Part shown: piece after piece, positions 13,785 through 24,883 of the stretch
Position numbering within the stretch: position 1 is the first letter of the stretch
Layout of the letters: each line of letters begins with the position of its first letter
Source: Ramazzottius varieornatus
Taxonomy: Eukaryota; Animalia; Tardigrada
Assembly: GCA_001949185.1 (NCBI GenBank)
Contig: BDGG01000010.1
Location: 877,773-941,772, forward strand
Reading direction: 5' to 3'
Length of the DNA stretch: 64,000 nt
The notes under the pieces: model-generated
The model's input: the letters and a program-made list of their open reading frames with translations, nothing else
Database searches by the model: none
Told to the model about the DNA's origin: nothing
Translations under genes and position numbers: made by a program

Positions 13785-15742
13785 ATGACGTCTGAGGACG
13801 AAGGAATATGGGATAGCACGGAAAATCGGGCCTGGGTGCTGAGCGAGCTGTAAGCATTACCCTGAGTGACGTTGTATACCTTTCATTGCCGTGCTTTGGG
13901 GGCGCACTTGCTCTGCCTATTGCTAGGCTGTCTTGCATTGGTCTTATGACGTCATGCGCGAGGCGCACCGGGTGACTTCTATTTTGGTTTTTCTGCTACA
14001 GGGAACAGATCTTCGACACGTATGGGAACCCCATGCCGAAAGGAAGCGCGGAGATGGAATCCCAGCTCTATGACAAGGCTAGAACTCAAGTAGGTTTGGC
14101 GGAAGGCGGAGACTGAGGCTCTTTGCGGAATTCTGTTTTGACGTGTGAATTTTGTAGGACCAGTACATGACTCTGGCTCGTCGTCTTTTGCGGACAGTTC
14201 TCGAGATGGCCCGTAAGTATCATTTTGGATAGTCGTGGCGCTTTGTGCAGCACCGCAATGCCCATAGGTTTTACCACAAGGTATTGCCGTTTAATCACGA
14301 GGGGGTGAATCATGAAAGCGGTACAGGTCAGATTGAAAGAATAAATGCCCCGTAGCTAGTTAGAAATCGTCTCTATAGCGTGAATAGGATTTGTTGGTAT
14401 TGTGGCTCCCAGTGGATTATCGTAGTTTCCTATCAGTGAATTATGGTTTGTTGGAGTTTTGGTGTCAGATGTTTCGGTAGACAAGCGGACATGGAAGATC
14501 TTGAGTACTCGTCATGTGAGATGAGACAGCATATTATAGTGTAGAGTATTATAGATATCACAATCTTTAGGATCTCACACGAAGGAAACAGGTGTAGTTT
14601 TGCGGCAATACCTTGGTTAAAAATACAGCAAGCGATTTCGGACTGTTTCCCATTGGGAATAGTGTAGTCCGAAGAAGCTTACGTTCCTCCCCTAACTCGT
14701 GCATACAGCAGGGCGTTCTTAGCGAACAGCTGCGCGGGTTCCCTGGGTCGACGCGTCGTTAGCTGCAGTTAGGGCTTTAAGGTGACTGCACAAAGATTTT
14801 CCGCACCGAAACTTTTCCCAAATATTTTTTTATCGTTAGTTTGGACTGCAGAAAAACGGTCTACAAGGAGCGCAGAAGTTATCGCGGAGGGACGAGCAGC
14901 GTTGGAACGGATGAACTCCAACATCATGGCCGATACAGACTTCAAATTTAAGATGCCGCCTTCGCCCATGTCCTCCCTTACACCATCTTCTCCTGCGCTA
15001 TCCGACTCAGCCTCCCGAACCGACGTCTCTCCTAACCCTTTCCGCGTCAAAGGGACGGATCGTTCGGCCGGCGTAGTCCTGACAGATGCCGTCTTTCCCA
15101 ATCCCTTCACTCCGGCCGCGAACCCTAGGAAAACCACCCCACCCGAACAAGCTTGTCCTGTCACGGTTGAATCGGTGCCTGTCGCTGTACCTCAACCACT
15201 TCACTTCGTAGCTCAACCGTTGGTTTCGATGGAATCCACGTCCTTGCCGAGTTCTTTCAACCGAAAGAAGATCTCCTATGGATCGATCAAGCTTCCTCCA
15301 CCGAACAAACGGGTCTTCGTGTTTCCGGAGAACCCCGCGAAGTCTCAGTCGAGATCCTATGGTGAGAGTCTGGACGCGATTGACGACCCTGTGGAAGTTA
15401 CCACCAGAATCATCGTCGAAGACAGTCCGCATAAGAGTTCTTCGAAAGCTCCAGTGCCCGGAAGTGACTACCTTTCGTTTGAGTTCAATAACAGTGGAAC
15501 GTATGAGGCAGCCCTCAACCTACTGATTCCCAAGTAAGTTCCGGACCATATGGGACGAGGGCAAATGACTTCACCCTGATCGTTTTCTCAAGTGGCGCAT
15601 GCTCGCAGCCAAGAAAAATGGAAATTGCGCCACTTGCTCCCATACAAGACTGGCGTTTTCTGGAACGATAATGACTGATCATTTTTGCAGGGGATGTCTC
15701 ATCAATCAGATCACAGTTGGACTGAGAAAGGACCAAGATTAG
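13785..15742 (+). CDS. MED15-type KIX-domain protein with a Pro/Ser-rich tail (predicted 313 aa, 5 exons)
   Basis: Exons 13785-13849, 14002-14089, 14158-14212, 14852-15533 and 15691-15742 join in phase (942 nt). The N-terminus MTSEDEGIWDSTENRAWVLSELEQIFDTYGNPMPKGSAEMESQLYDKARTQDQYMTLARRLL fits the MED15 KIX pattern. Confidence 0.7.
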
Positions 15743-15763
15743 AACTGTTTAATGTTTTCTGTT

Positions 15764-15816
15764 TTGCTTTTCTTACTTGCTTTTCTTACTTGCTTTTCTT
15801 ACTTGCTTTTCTTACC
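15764..15816. repeat. 13-bp tandem repeat, about 4 copies
   Basis: (TTGCTTTTCTTAC)n just downstream of the KIX gene stop codon. Confidence 0.9.
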
Positions 15817-16236
15817 TTTAATTTTCCTAGATGAAAGATAGGTCATTCGAAGCAGCGAATCTTTTATTTCAATAGTCAGTTTGGCTGGGTTGTATTGTTC
15901 TTGGTACGTTGTGGTTTCAGGTGTGGAATCGTGATCTTCTCGAGGTATACTTCAGAGCTTATGGCTTTAAATTTACTAGACGAGGACGCGGTGGTTTTTT
16001 ATTTGTTAGAAATCCGTAGCTTAGTGGTTTTTACCGATGACAACGAAATGTGTCGCATCGGTGTTCTCATCCTCACGCTTTGTTCAGACTTCAGATCAAA
16101 TGTTTTAATTCCAAATTTACACAAGCGAACAAAGAATATCATGCTGTTCTAGAATATTCGAATACTAAGATCATTTCCGTAGAAGTTTAAATGTCGAGAA
16201 GAAAAACAGAAGAGACTATTGGAATGAGAAGATTAT

Positions 16237-16974
16237 TCAGTCTTCCTCGTCGTCATCATCATTATCATCAAACTCCACGCCTTTAGGGGGCTTCACTTTA
16301 CGAGAAGCAGGGTTGATTACACTCATATGAGGATCGATCTTTGGTTTCTTTACTTTTCTCGTGCGGTTTTCCGAGAAGACAGGCATGGACTGAGTTGCGT
16401 TTCCGACTCCTCCAGGAACTGCGTGCGCCAAAGCCTGGCGCTCGAGATCATCGATTCTGTCAGTTAGATCCTTATTTTCCTTCTTACATTGATTCAGGTT
16501 GGAGCCGAATTGCAGAAGAAGGAAGCGGATGTCTGCGGCGTCAGTCTTGACAGGCTCGAGTAGGAACAAGTAGGTGAGAGTGTAGAATTCTTTAATGGAG
16601 AGCTCGACTCGTCCGTTATCCCGTCGCTGGACTCTTGTCTTCCCTGCGTCAAAGCTCTCCCTATAGGAAACAAGACCCAGAAATATGAACACCGAGGAAA
16701 ATATGGGTCTTGCTGCGTACTTGACGGCTTTGATGAAGTTGACGACAGTTGTTTTGCCACCTTTGGACTTGTTCTCCAACTGTTGTTCAGTCAGAGTGGC
16801 TTTGTAGATTTGCGCGGCATCGATAAACCAGATCATCCAGACATCGTCGGGTAGTACCAGGTGAGCCACCGATGTTCCAGCCGTCTTACTGTAGTTCTTG
16901 TCGTCAAACTCTGATGTCTGCGTGGTGATGAAGGTAGGAACGCCGGCGTCGAGGAATAATCCAGAGAGCGGCAT
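16237..16974 (-). CDS. PAXX: PAXX-like NHEJ factor (XRCC4 superfamily)
   Basis: Globular head, short coiled coil and C-terminal SVINPASRKVKPPKGVEFD, resembling the PAXX Ku-binding motif (SLINPG..KKPAGGVDFD). Probable in-frame 60-nt intron at 16661-16720. Confidence 0.8.
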   Translation of the reverse strand: MPLSGLFLDAGVPTFITTQTSEFDDKNYSKTAGTSVAHLVLPDDVWMIWFIDAAQIYKATLTEQQLENKSKGGKTTVVNFIKAVKYAARPIFSSVFIFLGLVSYRESFDAGKTRVQRRDNGRVELSIKEFYTLTYLFLLEPVKTDAADIRFLLLQFGSNLNQCKKENKDLTDRIDDLERQALAHAVPGGVGNATQSMPVFSENRTRKVKKPKIDPHMSVINPASRKVKPPKGVEFDDNDDDDEED

Positions 16975-18506
16975 GGTCTGCAGTGTCCCTTCGTAAAACC
17001 TGCAAAAGAAATACAGATCGTGACACTGTTTCCGGACAAAGCCAGAGGTTCAGAAGCAGTGTTCCAGACTCCCTCAAAGAAGGACAACAGGAGAGTAGAA
17101 TCAGAATTAGGAAAGTGGAAGAAAATCTTTTGAATGTAATGTATTAAAATTTTGAATTTGCAACCAAGTGAACCAACGCACCAATCAAAATAAACAATCA
17201 ACCCTTCGCATGCAAGTGTGCTCCGGAACGAACACTACAAAAAGCTTACGTCACGGATTACAAACGATGTGCCGCTATAAGCCGTTAGAGAACCGTTTGC
17301 TTTATGACGTCATGGGCCACAAGACACACCTGGACTCTATTGCACTGTGACGTATTACGCGTACCCAAAGCACCGAGCTTTTTTGATTTTGTTGTCGTTT
17401 TTCGTCTTGCTCTTTCTTCGTAGCCTACGATGCGTCTTCCGGGAGCAGCGCTTTTCGCGCCATAAGAGAATTCGAGATCGTCCTAAAACAGTGGATCCAG
17501 CCTTGCGATGCGTTAGAGTTCTTCATATTCATTTGCTGGGCGACTTGAAGCGCCATGTTACGGATGTCGTAGTTACAGACCAGCGTGTCGTCTTTGATTT
17601 TCTACGCCACTCCAGTGCGAGATGGATTGATTTCCCGGTTTTCCCGTTTTTCTCGTAGGGTAGTCTGTTATTAAACATAGTACACTTGCATGTAGGTAAC
17701 TGTAGGTCATGTAGGTTAAATCACTCACTATGACTTACCTCCATTCTCCAAGGGAAAAGGGATGAACGAAGAATTTTGGTGATCTTGGCAAAAGCGTCTT
17801 ACTTAGTGATATCCTCCTTGCTTTGAAGGCTTCCATACTGAGTTCTATCTGTCCTCTGATGCGTGCGAACAGCAACGGTCCTGAATTCCACCATGAGCGG
17901 CGCCTGAGAGCAAACCACGGCATACTCTGAAGTCCGAAAGTCGTCACCGAAAACGAGGAAATAAAACTGAAATTCCGAAGTTTGAAACTTTGCAACTTTG
18001 AGATGGAAAACCCGTAATCAACAATCAATGCTACTGCTGGGCTAACCGGAACACCGCGTAGTCTACCACCGATAGTACTACTGCTTCGGCAGAGCTATAC
18101 TAGCTAAAACTTAGCTTCTGCGCTTTGCTGATTCGCCGAGAAGCGAGATTCCACTCGTCCCAGAGAAACCCTTTTGTTGGCAGGCCATTCCTTCAACATG
18201 TTTGCTAGATCTAGGATGAGTTACCAGTTTTAGTGGAGCGAAATTTGATATGCAGTTTTTCTCTCCAATCCAGTGAATTCAGAGCCGAAGAAACAGAAAC
18301 GACGTAGGCGAACTGTTGGAAAATCAGACGCGCACCCAGGTCGTTAATAATAGTCCGTCGCACGAAGAAATAATAATTATGTAAGCAGCAAAGTACCCTC
18401 CGAAGAACATGAGGTCAAGGTCAAAGCAGCAGAGAATATCAAAATAAATTAATAAACAGAAAAACGCAGATACAAAACATCGTATTAAAAATAGCATGGA
18501 ATACAA

Positions 18507-21500
18507 TTACTTGCTACCGTTCACCATTTCCGGTTTGACACCTTCAGCTCGAAACACGATGGAAGGTTCACCAGGACACAGTTCGTCTTTGATCTTTGCA
18601 TCCGAGGATTCTCCGTTGTTCTTGATATCGAGACCCTCTAGTTCCAGCGTACTCTTCAAGTACTCCAGGTTGGCCGACAACACAGATTCCTCGTCGAACG
18701 GCAGCTCGATTCGCAGAGCTTTTCCACCTTCTGTTTCATACTTGGTCTTAACCAAATGAACGAACGGCATTACCTTCTTCATGTGTTTAGCCACTTCCTT
18801 GTTCTCCTTCAGATCCTCCAGGATTTGTTTCTTGTCGGGTAGTTCTTCTTTTCCCGTGGGTGTGTACGACTGCAGCTTCTTAAAAATGGCTTCTTGCCAG
18901 GGTGGGTACTTCTTGGCGATCCATATCGTAGCGTGAGTCGGCTTGGGTGGAACTGGACCGGCGTTCTTTCCTTTGCCTGCAGTCTGATTGGCAATCTTCT
19001 TGAGACGAAATTCGTGGAGTGCCTCAACGACGTACTGCGAGGCGTGAACCAAATTCTGATCAACTGGCGCGGTCGACACTGGAAACTTGGCGTGCATTAT
19101 GCTTCCTTCCTGAAACAAACACGAGATAAATTTTGAGTAAAAGCTTTTGCGTTGCATTTGTCTACATCATTATGTCATTTGGGTAGTCAAGTAGAAACCC
19201 TAAATTATACAGTAGGAAAATTCCGAAAAGGGATTTTCTTAGTCTATCTTGCAGAAAAAAAAACTGGTTTCTACTTGACGTTACCCCTTCCCCATTGCGT
19301 TACGACAAGCAGAAACAAAGGCTGCGTTTCGTAAGTCAAAAACCCTAGTTAACAACCAGCTTTCGAACACGTGACTGGTGATGTCACGACCGCGGTAGGA
19401 GCCGGGTTGACGGTTAACTAGCATAAAAAGGCTAGTTGACGGTTAACCCTATTCAATCAAGCACGGTAAAACCACAGTGAAATTTGATTGCCCTTTTTCA
19501 TGCATCTTTCCGGTTTGTTCTCAGCCATGACGTCAGCTATCACGTGTCGGGTTGTCAACTAGGGTTGACTTACGAAACGCAGCCAAAGTATTTCGGTCCG
19601 CAAAAATATGTGAATCTTCGGTATTTTGCGTAATAACTCGATCGTTTTACAAGTGGCGCACACTCTCGTCCAAACACAACCTGGATCTGCGTTACTTGTG
19701 CTAATCATTTAGGTGAGATCATTTGCCCACGCGCCAATTATCCCGTCTAAATGCTCAACCCACATTCTTTCTCACACACTCAGAAACACTGATTGTATCT
19801 CCAACCATACCTTTCCGAGAAGCTTCCAGGTGTGTTCGCACACATGCGGGCAAATGGGCGTCAGCAACAAGGTCTGGACCTCAAAGAACCTTTCCATCAG
19901 TTCCCTGTCCATGCCTTCGGCTCCGCAAAACTCTCTGTAGCGGCTCAAACACAGCTGCATCTCAAAGAACCCACTCTTCAGCGCTTCCTTGTACAACATT
20001 CTCTCGTAATGTCCATCAGTCTGTTCAATCCTGGCGTTCATGTCATTCTCAAAGACCCTGTCATTCCAGGTCTTCTCTTTTCTCTCCACCAGCTTCAATT
20101 CTCCTTTATCCTTGATATACTCTAACCAGGTATATAGTCTCAGGACCCCGGCATCAGCTGCCACTTCCGAGAAGTTTGCGTCATCCAGTCCATCGCCTGC
20201 ATCAGCCAACGCCATGCGCATTCCATCAGCAGAGTATCGCTCAATGGCTTCTTGGAGAGTCAAGAAGTTCCCTGTTGACTTGGACATTTTCTCCTTGTTC
20301 AGGAGAATGTGTCCGTTGGCTCGGATAGACTTTGGCCATTTGGACGGGTCGTTGGGCCAGATGGCAGCGTGTGTATAGAGGAAGTAAGTGAGGTGGTTGG
20401 GGACCAGGTCTTTACCGGAGACGCGCAGGTCAACACCGTACCAGTACTCGAAAGCGTTCTTCAGCTTATCTAAGGTCTCCTTCGAAATACCGGAGTTTTC
20501 TGGAAACTTTGCGTCTTTGAAGAAAATGTAGTCCAGAACTTCTGGCTGCATTTGCTCCGGACTACAAAAAAACTTAGGAAAATTAGAATATTATTCCGCA
20601 ACTACAGTAGGAAAGCTATTTTGAAAACTTTCCGAATTTAAAATTCAAGTTCTGTCTTCCAAATATTCTTGCCTTTATTATGCAGGCGCACATCTTCGTA
20701 AAGAAGGTTCACGAATCAGAGCACTATGTCTCCTTGAATTTGCAAGCGCTACTAGGTGTCAAATTTGGAAGACAAACTGAACCCGTTATGCCTGCTTCTC
20801 TCAAGTATCCACAGAAACGTGAAATCATTCGATGATTCTACAGTATTCTGAACAGTACAGTATAAGCTCTTACCGAATGCCCGATGGACCGTGCTGTTTT
20901 CCATCGAGGGATGACTGGAGGTAATGAACGACCGTGTAAAACGCCATGTAGATGGTAGAGTCCGAGAGCGACTCGATGAGGTACTGCGGATCCCATGGAA
21001 GCTTTGTACCTGCAAAGAAACTTCAATTGTTGGAAAGACTGCAATCGATGCCAGTCGTGAATCTTCGTCGAAGAAACTTATATTTCATAGCACATAGCAC
21101 CACTTTTCGTATAATTTTGCAAGCGCTACCAGGTATCAAATTCGGTGTAATAAATATGAACCCGTTATGCCTGCCTGTTTCCCATTTCCCACACATTCTT
21201 AAACGCTTGTCAGCCATCAACCAGAAAGCAGAATCAGAAAAACGGAAAACAACGGAAACAAGGCTTGATACCTAGCCCATATGAGCGCGAACAGGCATAC
21301 TCATGCAGCCAGTCGATCGTAGCCAAGAAGTTATTCCGCACTTCCGGTGAGTACGTATCCAGCTGCTCGAGCACCTTCCTGGCTTGTTCTTTCCAGTCTT
21401 CCTGACCATAGTCGAGGTACCACTGGTCACAAAGTGCCACCACACACTCATCGCCCGATCGTGAAATGACTTTGCCTTCCGGTTCAAAGTACAGCAGAGC

Positions 21501-24253
21501 GTCACCCGACTGGATCAGCTCCTGCTGAATCTTCTTCTTGACGTCCTGGACTTTCTTGCCTTTATATGGTCCTACCCTCAACACGCCCTCGTAGAAGCCT
21601 TTGCTGTAGACAAGCTCTTTAGCTACCGTTAGCTTCTCTTGATCGTTCTGACTGACGAGAGTCTTGTCGCTCTCGACAAGGAAGACGGCAGCCAAACCTT
21701 GGTACTTCGGGTCGGCACTGGCTGGAGGAAGATCAGGTACATCGATGATCGGAATCTACAAACAAACAAAAACTACCACGTTTGCCCTTTCTCTACCATC
21801 GATACACTATCAAGAACCTAGGCAAACAGACTCGACAAGATCATACTTCCAAGTCGCGCATGCTTTCCGACAAACATGCGAGGAAAATGCACCACTTAAA
21901 AAAATATTTTGTCGAGTTGGTTTTCGAGCTCCTATTTCACTTACCGGGTCGTATTTGACCATTTCCTCGGTTATTCCATATTTGCTGCGTAAAGCCTAAA
22001 GAACAAAATACCATGGCATTTTTAGAGTTCTCAGGAGCCGATTCAACTTTGAAAAACTGAAACAGCTGGTCCGTAAAAATTCTGATTAATTTGGCATGCG
22101 CTACCAGGTACCGTTCCTTGTTTGAAAGGGCGAACCCGTTATGCATGCTCGCTCGAGACTACCCAGGAGTTTTCTGGAGGGTTTCAACGTGCTTACTTCT
22201 TTCTTCTGGAGATCGCGAAGAGCTGCAAAGTCGTCGGGCGAATCCGAAGGTACACTGGTGACGATACCGGTACCTTTGTCATCTCGGACGTTCATCATCG
22301 GTAAGACGTATAGGTGGTCGTGGGAAGTGAGCGGAGCTCTCAGCTTCGCACCAAGGAGATCCTAAAAGATGGAAAGAACAATGCAAACGATATCCAACAG
22401 AAGATAGTCGCTGACTTTCTTGTGACTTACTTGGCCAGTGAGGTATCCACCACGTCCGACGCTGTCCACCTTCACCATCTTGCCGAAGTCTGCCGTGATC
22501 AGCTGGTACGACATGTTACGCGCAGACCTCTCGGTGGATATAACGATATCACCGTTCTTCAGCTCGCTCGCCATGTACCTGATCTCTGGTTTCACCCAGC
22601 AGTTCGTCTGCCCATACATGGTTTCCGGTCTGAGGGTAGCGGCGACAAGGAAGATATTTCTGTCCTTAACTTTCCTACAGCCAGACCTCTCAGTATCCCA
22701 CAAACTGAAGATACCTAATCGAGATAGTTTCTTACTCAAACACCGGCGGAAGCGGCTCCAGAACTTTCATCTTGATCAGGGTGTATTCCATCGGTCCAAC
22801 ACCCTAAAGGAAACAAACATTTCAGTTCCGTACTATCAGAGTGTAATCCGTGACATTACAAAATACTGTAAGGCAGAACATTCCGTGACGCTATAAACGT
22901 ACTAGTAAGTTTTACCTCTCCGGAAGCTCGATCGTGATCCATACAAGGCTGCTCGTCAGCCGGTGAGAAGATTGTGTTTCGCTTGCCGAAATCTATCTTT
23001 CCACGTTCCTTTAACCTTAAAAACTGCCATTTAACGAATGAGTCGTAAAACTGGTTGGCATCGGTGGTGATGAAGGACCTTCTCCAGTCAACCTGACATC
23101 AGAAAACCAACATTCTGTTGCTCAGATCATTCAGCCAAAGAACCCATAACCGAAAAATGCTCGTACTGCTTCAGACCGAACCGTATCACCACAAATCTTG
23201 TCTGACAGGGATAACGTAGTCATCAGTGAAACTCTCAAACAAAGACTTTAATGTATTGTGTTTCTGTGAACTCACTTTGACTCCCATGCTTTTCAGATCT
23301 TGGATGGCTAAAGGCGGAAAGTACTCCAGCCAGTGTTTCGGATCGGCAAACTTGGCGATCTCTGCATCATCCATTCCCAGCGACTTCATGATCTGCCATT
23401 GGAACTTGAAAGAACCTGCCTTGGCCACGGCTTTGCTCTACGAGAAGATAATCGGATGAGATACCGGGAATGACATTCTCTCATTCATACATTAGTGAAC
23501 GGGTTCAAAGTACCACCATTCAAATTACGTAATATTGTTCTGTGATCCAGAAGATTACACTAGCGATTACACTAGCGAAGATTACACTACCTTCTTTCCT
23601 TTCGCTTTGTTTTCCGGAATAACGTCACCTTGGCCCTTGTCGGGAGCGCCTTCGGTGTTCTCTTGTTCTTCATCCTCATTCGGGAAGACCGGCGGATACC
23701 CGAAGAGCTCCATTTCTCTAGCTATCTTGTCTGAGCTCGCCTAGAAAAACCCGCAAATCGCTCATACAATTTTAACTTTGAGACGGAAATCCAAAATAGG
23801 ATTTGATTAGTTTACCTTGATAGGCATTCCCGTACAATGGAAGCCAAATGGAAACAGACAGTGTTTGCCTTTCATCCGCTGATATCCCACTGCAAACTAA
23901 ACTTCCAACATTACGTTAGTTCTGAACGGCATCTTACACTTTCCACATCGACGCGATCTTGAACATATTACCTCACACTTCGACAGGGAGAACGTATGGC
24001 CCAGATGGAGACGTCCATTCATGTAGGGATAAGGAAACGTAACAAGATATTTCGATTTCTTCCTGTAAACACAAGTCACCAATCATGTCATAAGCTCCAG
24101 TGCTGCCAAAACACCAGCTGATATCACTTACTCGTTAAGAAAGGTTTCTGGAGCATCCTCTTCGAAGATCTTCTGTTTCTTCCACTCCTCCTGCACATCC
24201 TTCTCGACGGCGAGGAGCGAAGTTACCTTCGCTCGCCCTTTCTGCTGCTCCAT
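18507..24253 (-). CDS. LARS1: Cytosolic leucyl-tRNA synthetase, multi-exon
   Basis: [15 protein letters not shown] (HIGH motif), [13 protein letters not shown] and [15 protein letters not shown] (CP1 editing domain), and KMSKSTGN. Confidence 0.97.
19320..19584. mobile_element. MITE, PIF/Harbinger-like, in a LARS intron
   Basis: Perfect 20-bp TIR GGCTGCGTTTCGTAAGTCAA with further imperfect extension; AAA on both flanks (possible 3-bp TSD). Confidence 0.8.
20742..22148 (-). repeat. Three copies of a ~55-nt imperfect hairpin in LARS introns (20742-20795, 21119-21174, 22094-22148)
   Basis: Shared plus-strand pattern GCA(A/T)GCGCTAC(C/T)AGGT-N21-23-GAACCCGTTATGC(C/A)TGC. Confidence 0.8.
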
Positions 24254-24883
24254 CGTACGACACTGCTGCAGTAGTCTTGGTCAGGCAACACAGGGAAACA
24301 ATCCAGTCACAAATCGGAGCGAGAAAAGTTCAAAAAGAATTCCCACAGTTGATAAGACCGTAAGACCGGAAAAAAAATTTCGTCATCAGCATTTCCGGTG
24401 GAAACAACTCAAACAAGCCCAATCAGCCCTTTGACATATGACCATTGAGTCAATTGCAACAGAAAACATCGTTTCGACATGTGGAAACCAAATGACCGGC
24501 TACCCTCCTTTCCATTGTGAGTGACACTTACGTCAGTTACGTGTCCACGAAACCAGCCCTTTGGGCCGGGGGGTAACCTCGATGCACACCAAAAAACAGC
24601 GAGTGCCAATGAATCAAGGTCGTTTTGTCTTGATTGAGAGACCGCCACATTCAAGCGGTACACTGCGAAATCCAGAACGTTCTCAATCAATCAAGTCAAC
24701 AAGGTATCCTTGTGATTGTTCGGCGTCGACGAGCGCTGGGGGCCAATTCCGGTTTTTCGCGCTTCGTTCAAACAGTTGAAAATTTTCGAGAACAACGGAA
24801 GCCATTATAGTTTTCCGGAGCTAGCAACTGTCCTGATTCCCGTATTGTTTTTTCTCTTCCAGGTACTCTCCAGCAGCTCCACA

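Noticed and set aside
17347-18028. Short ORFs between PAXX and LARS
   Set aside because: Non-ATG starts, no motifs and no coherent exon chain found.
20742-22148. SECIS interpretation of the LARS hairpins
   Set aside because: They are intronic, lack the AUGA/GA quartet, and no in-frame UGA is evident in LARS.
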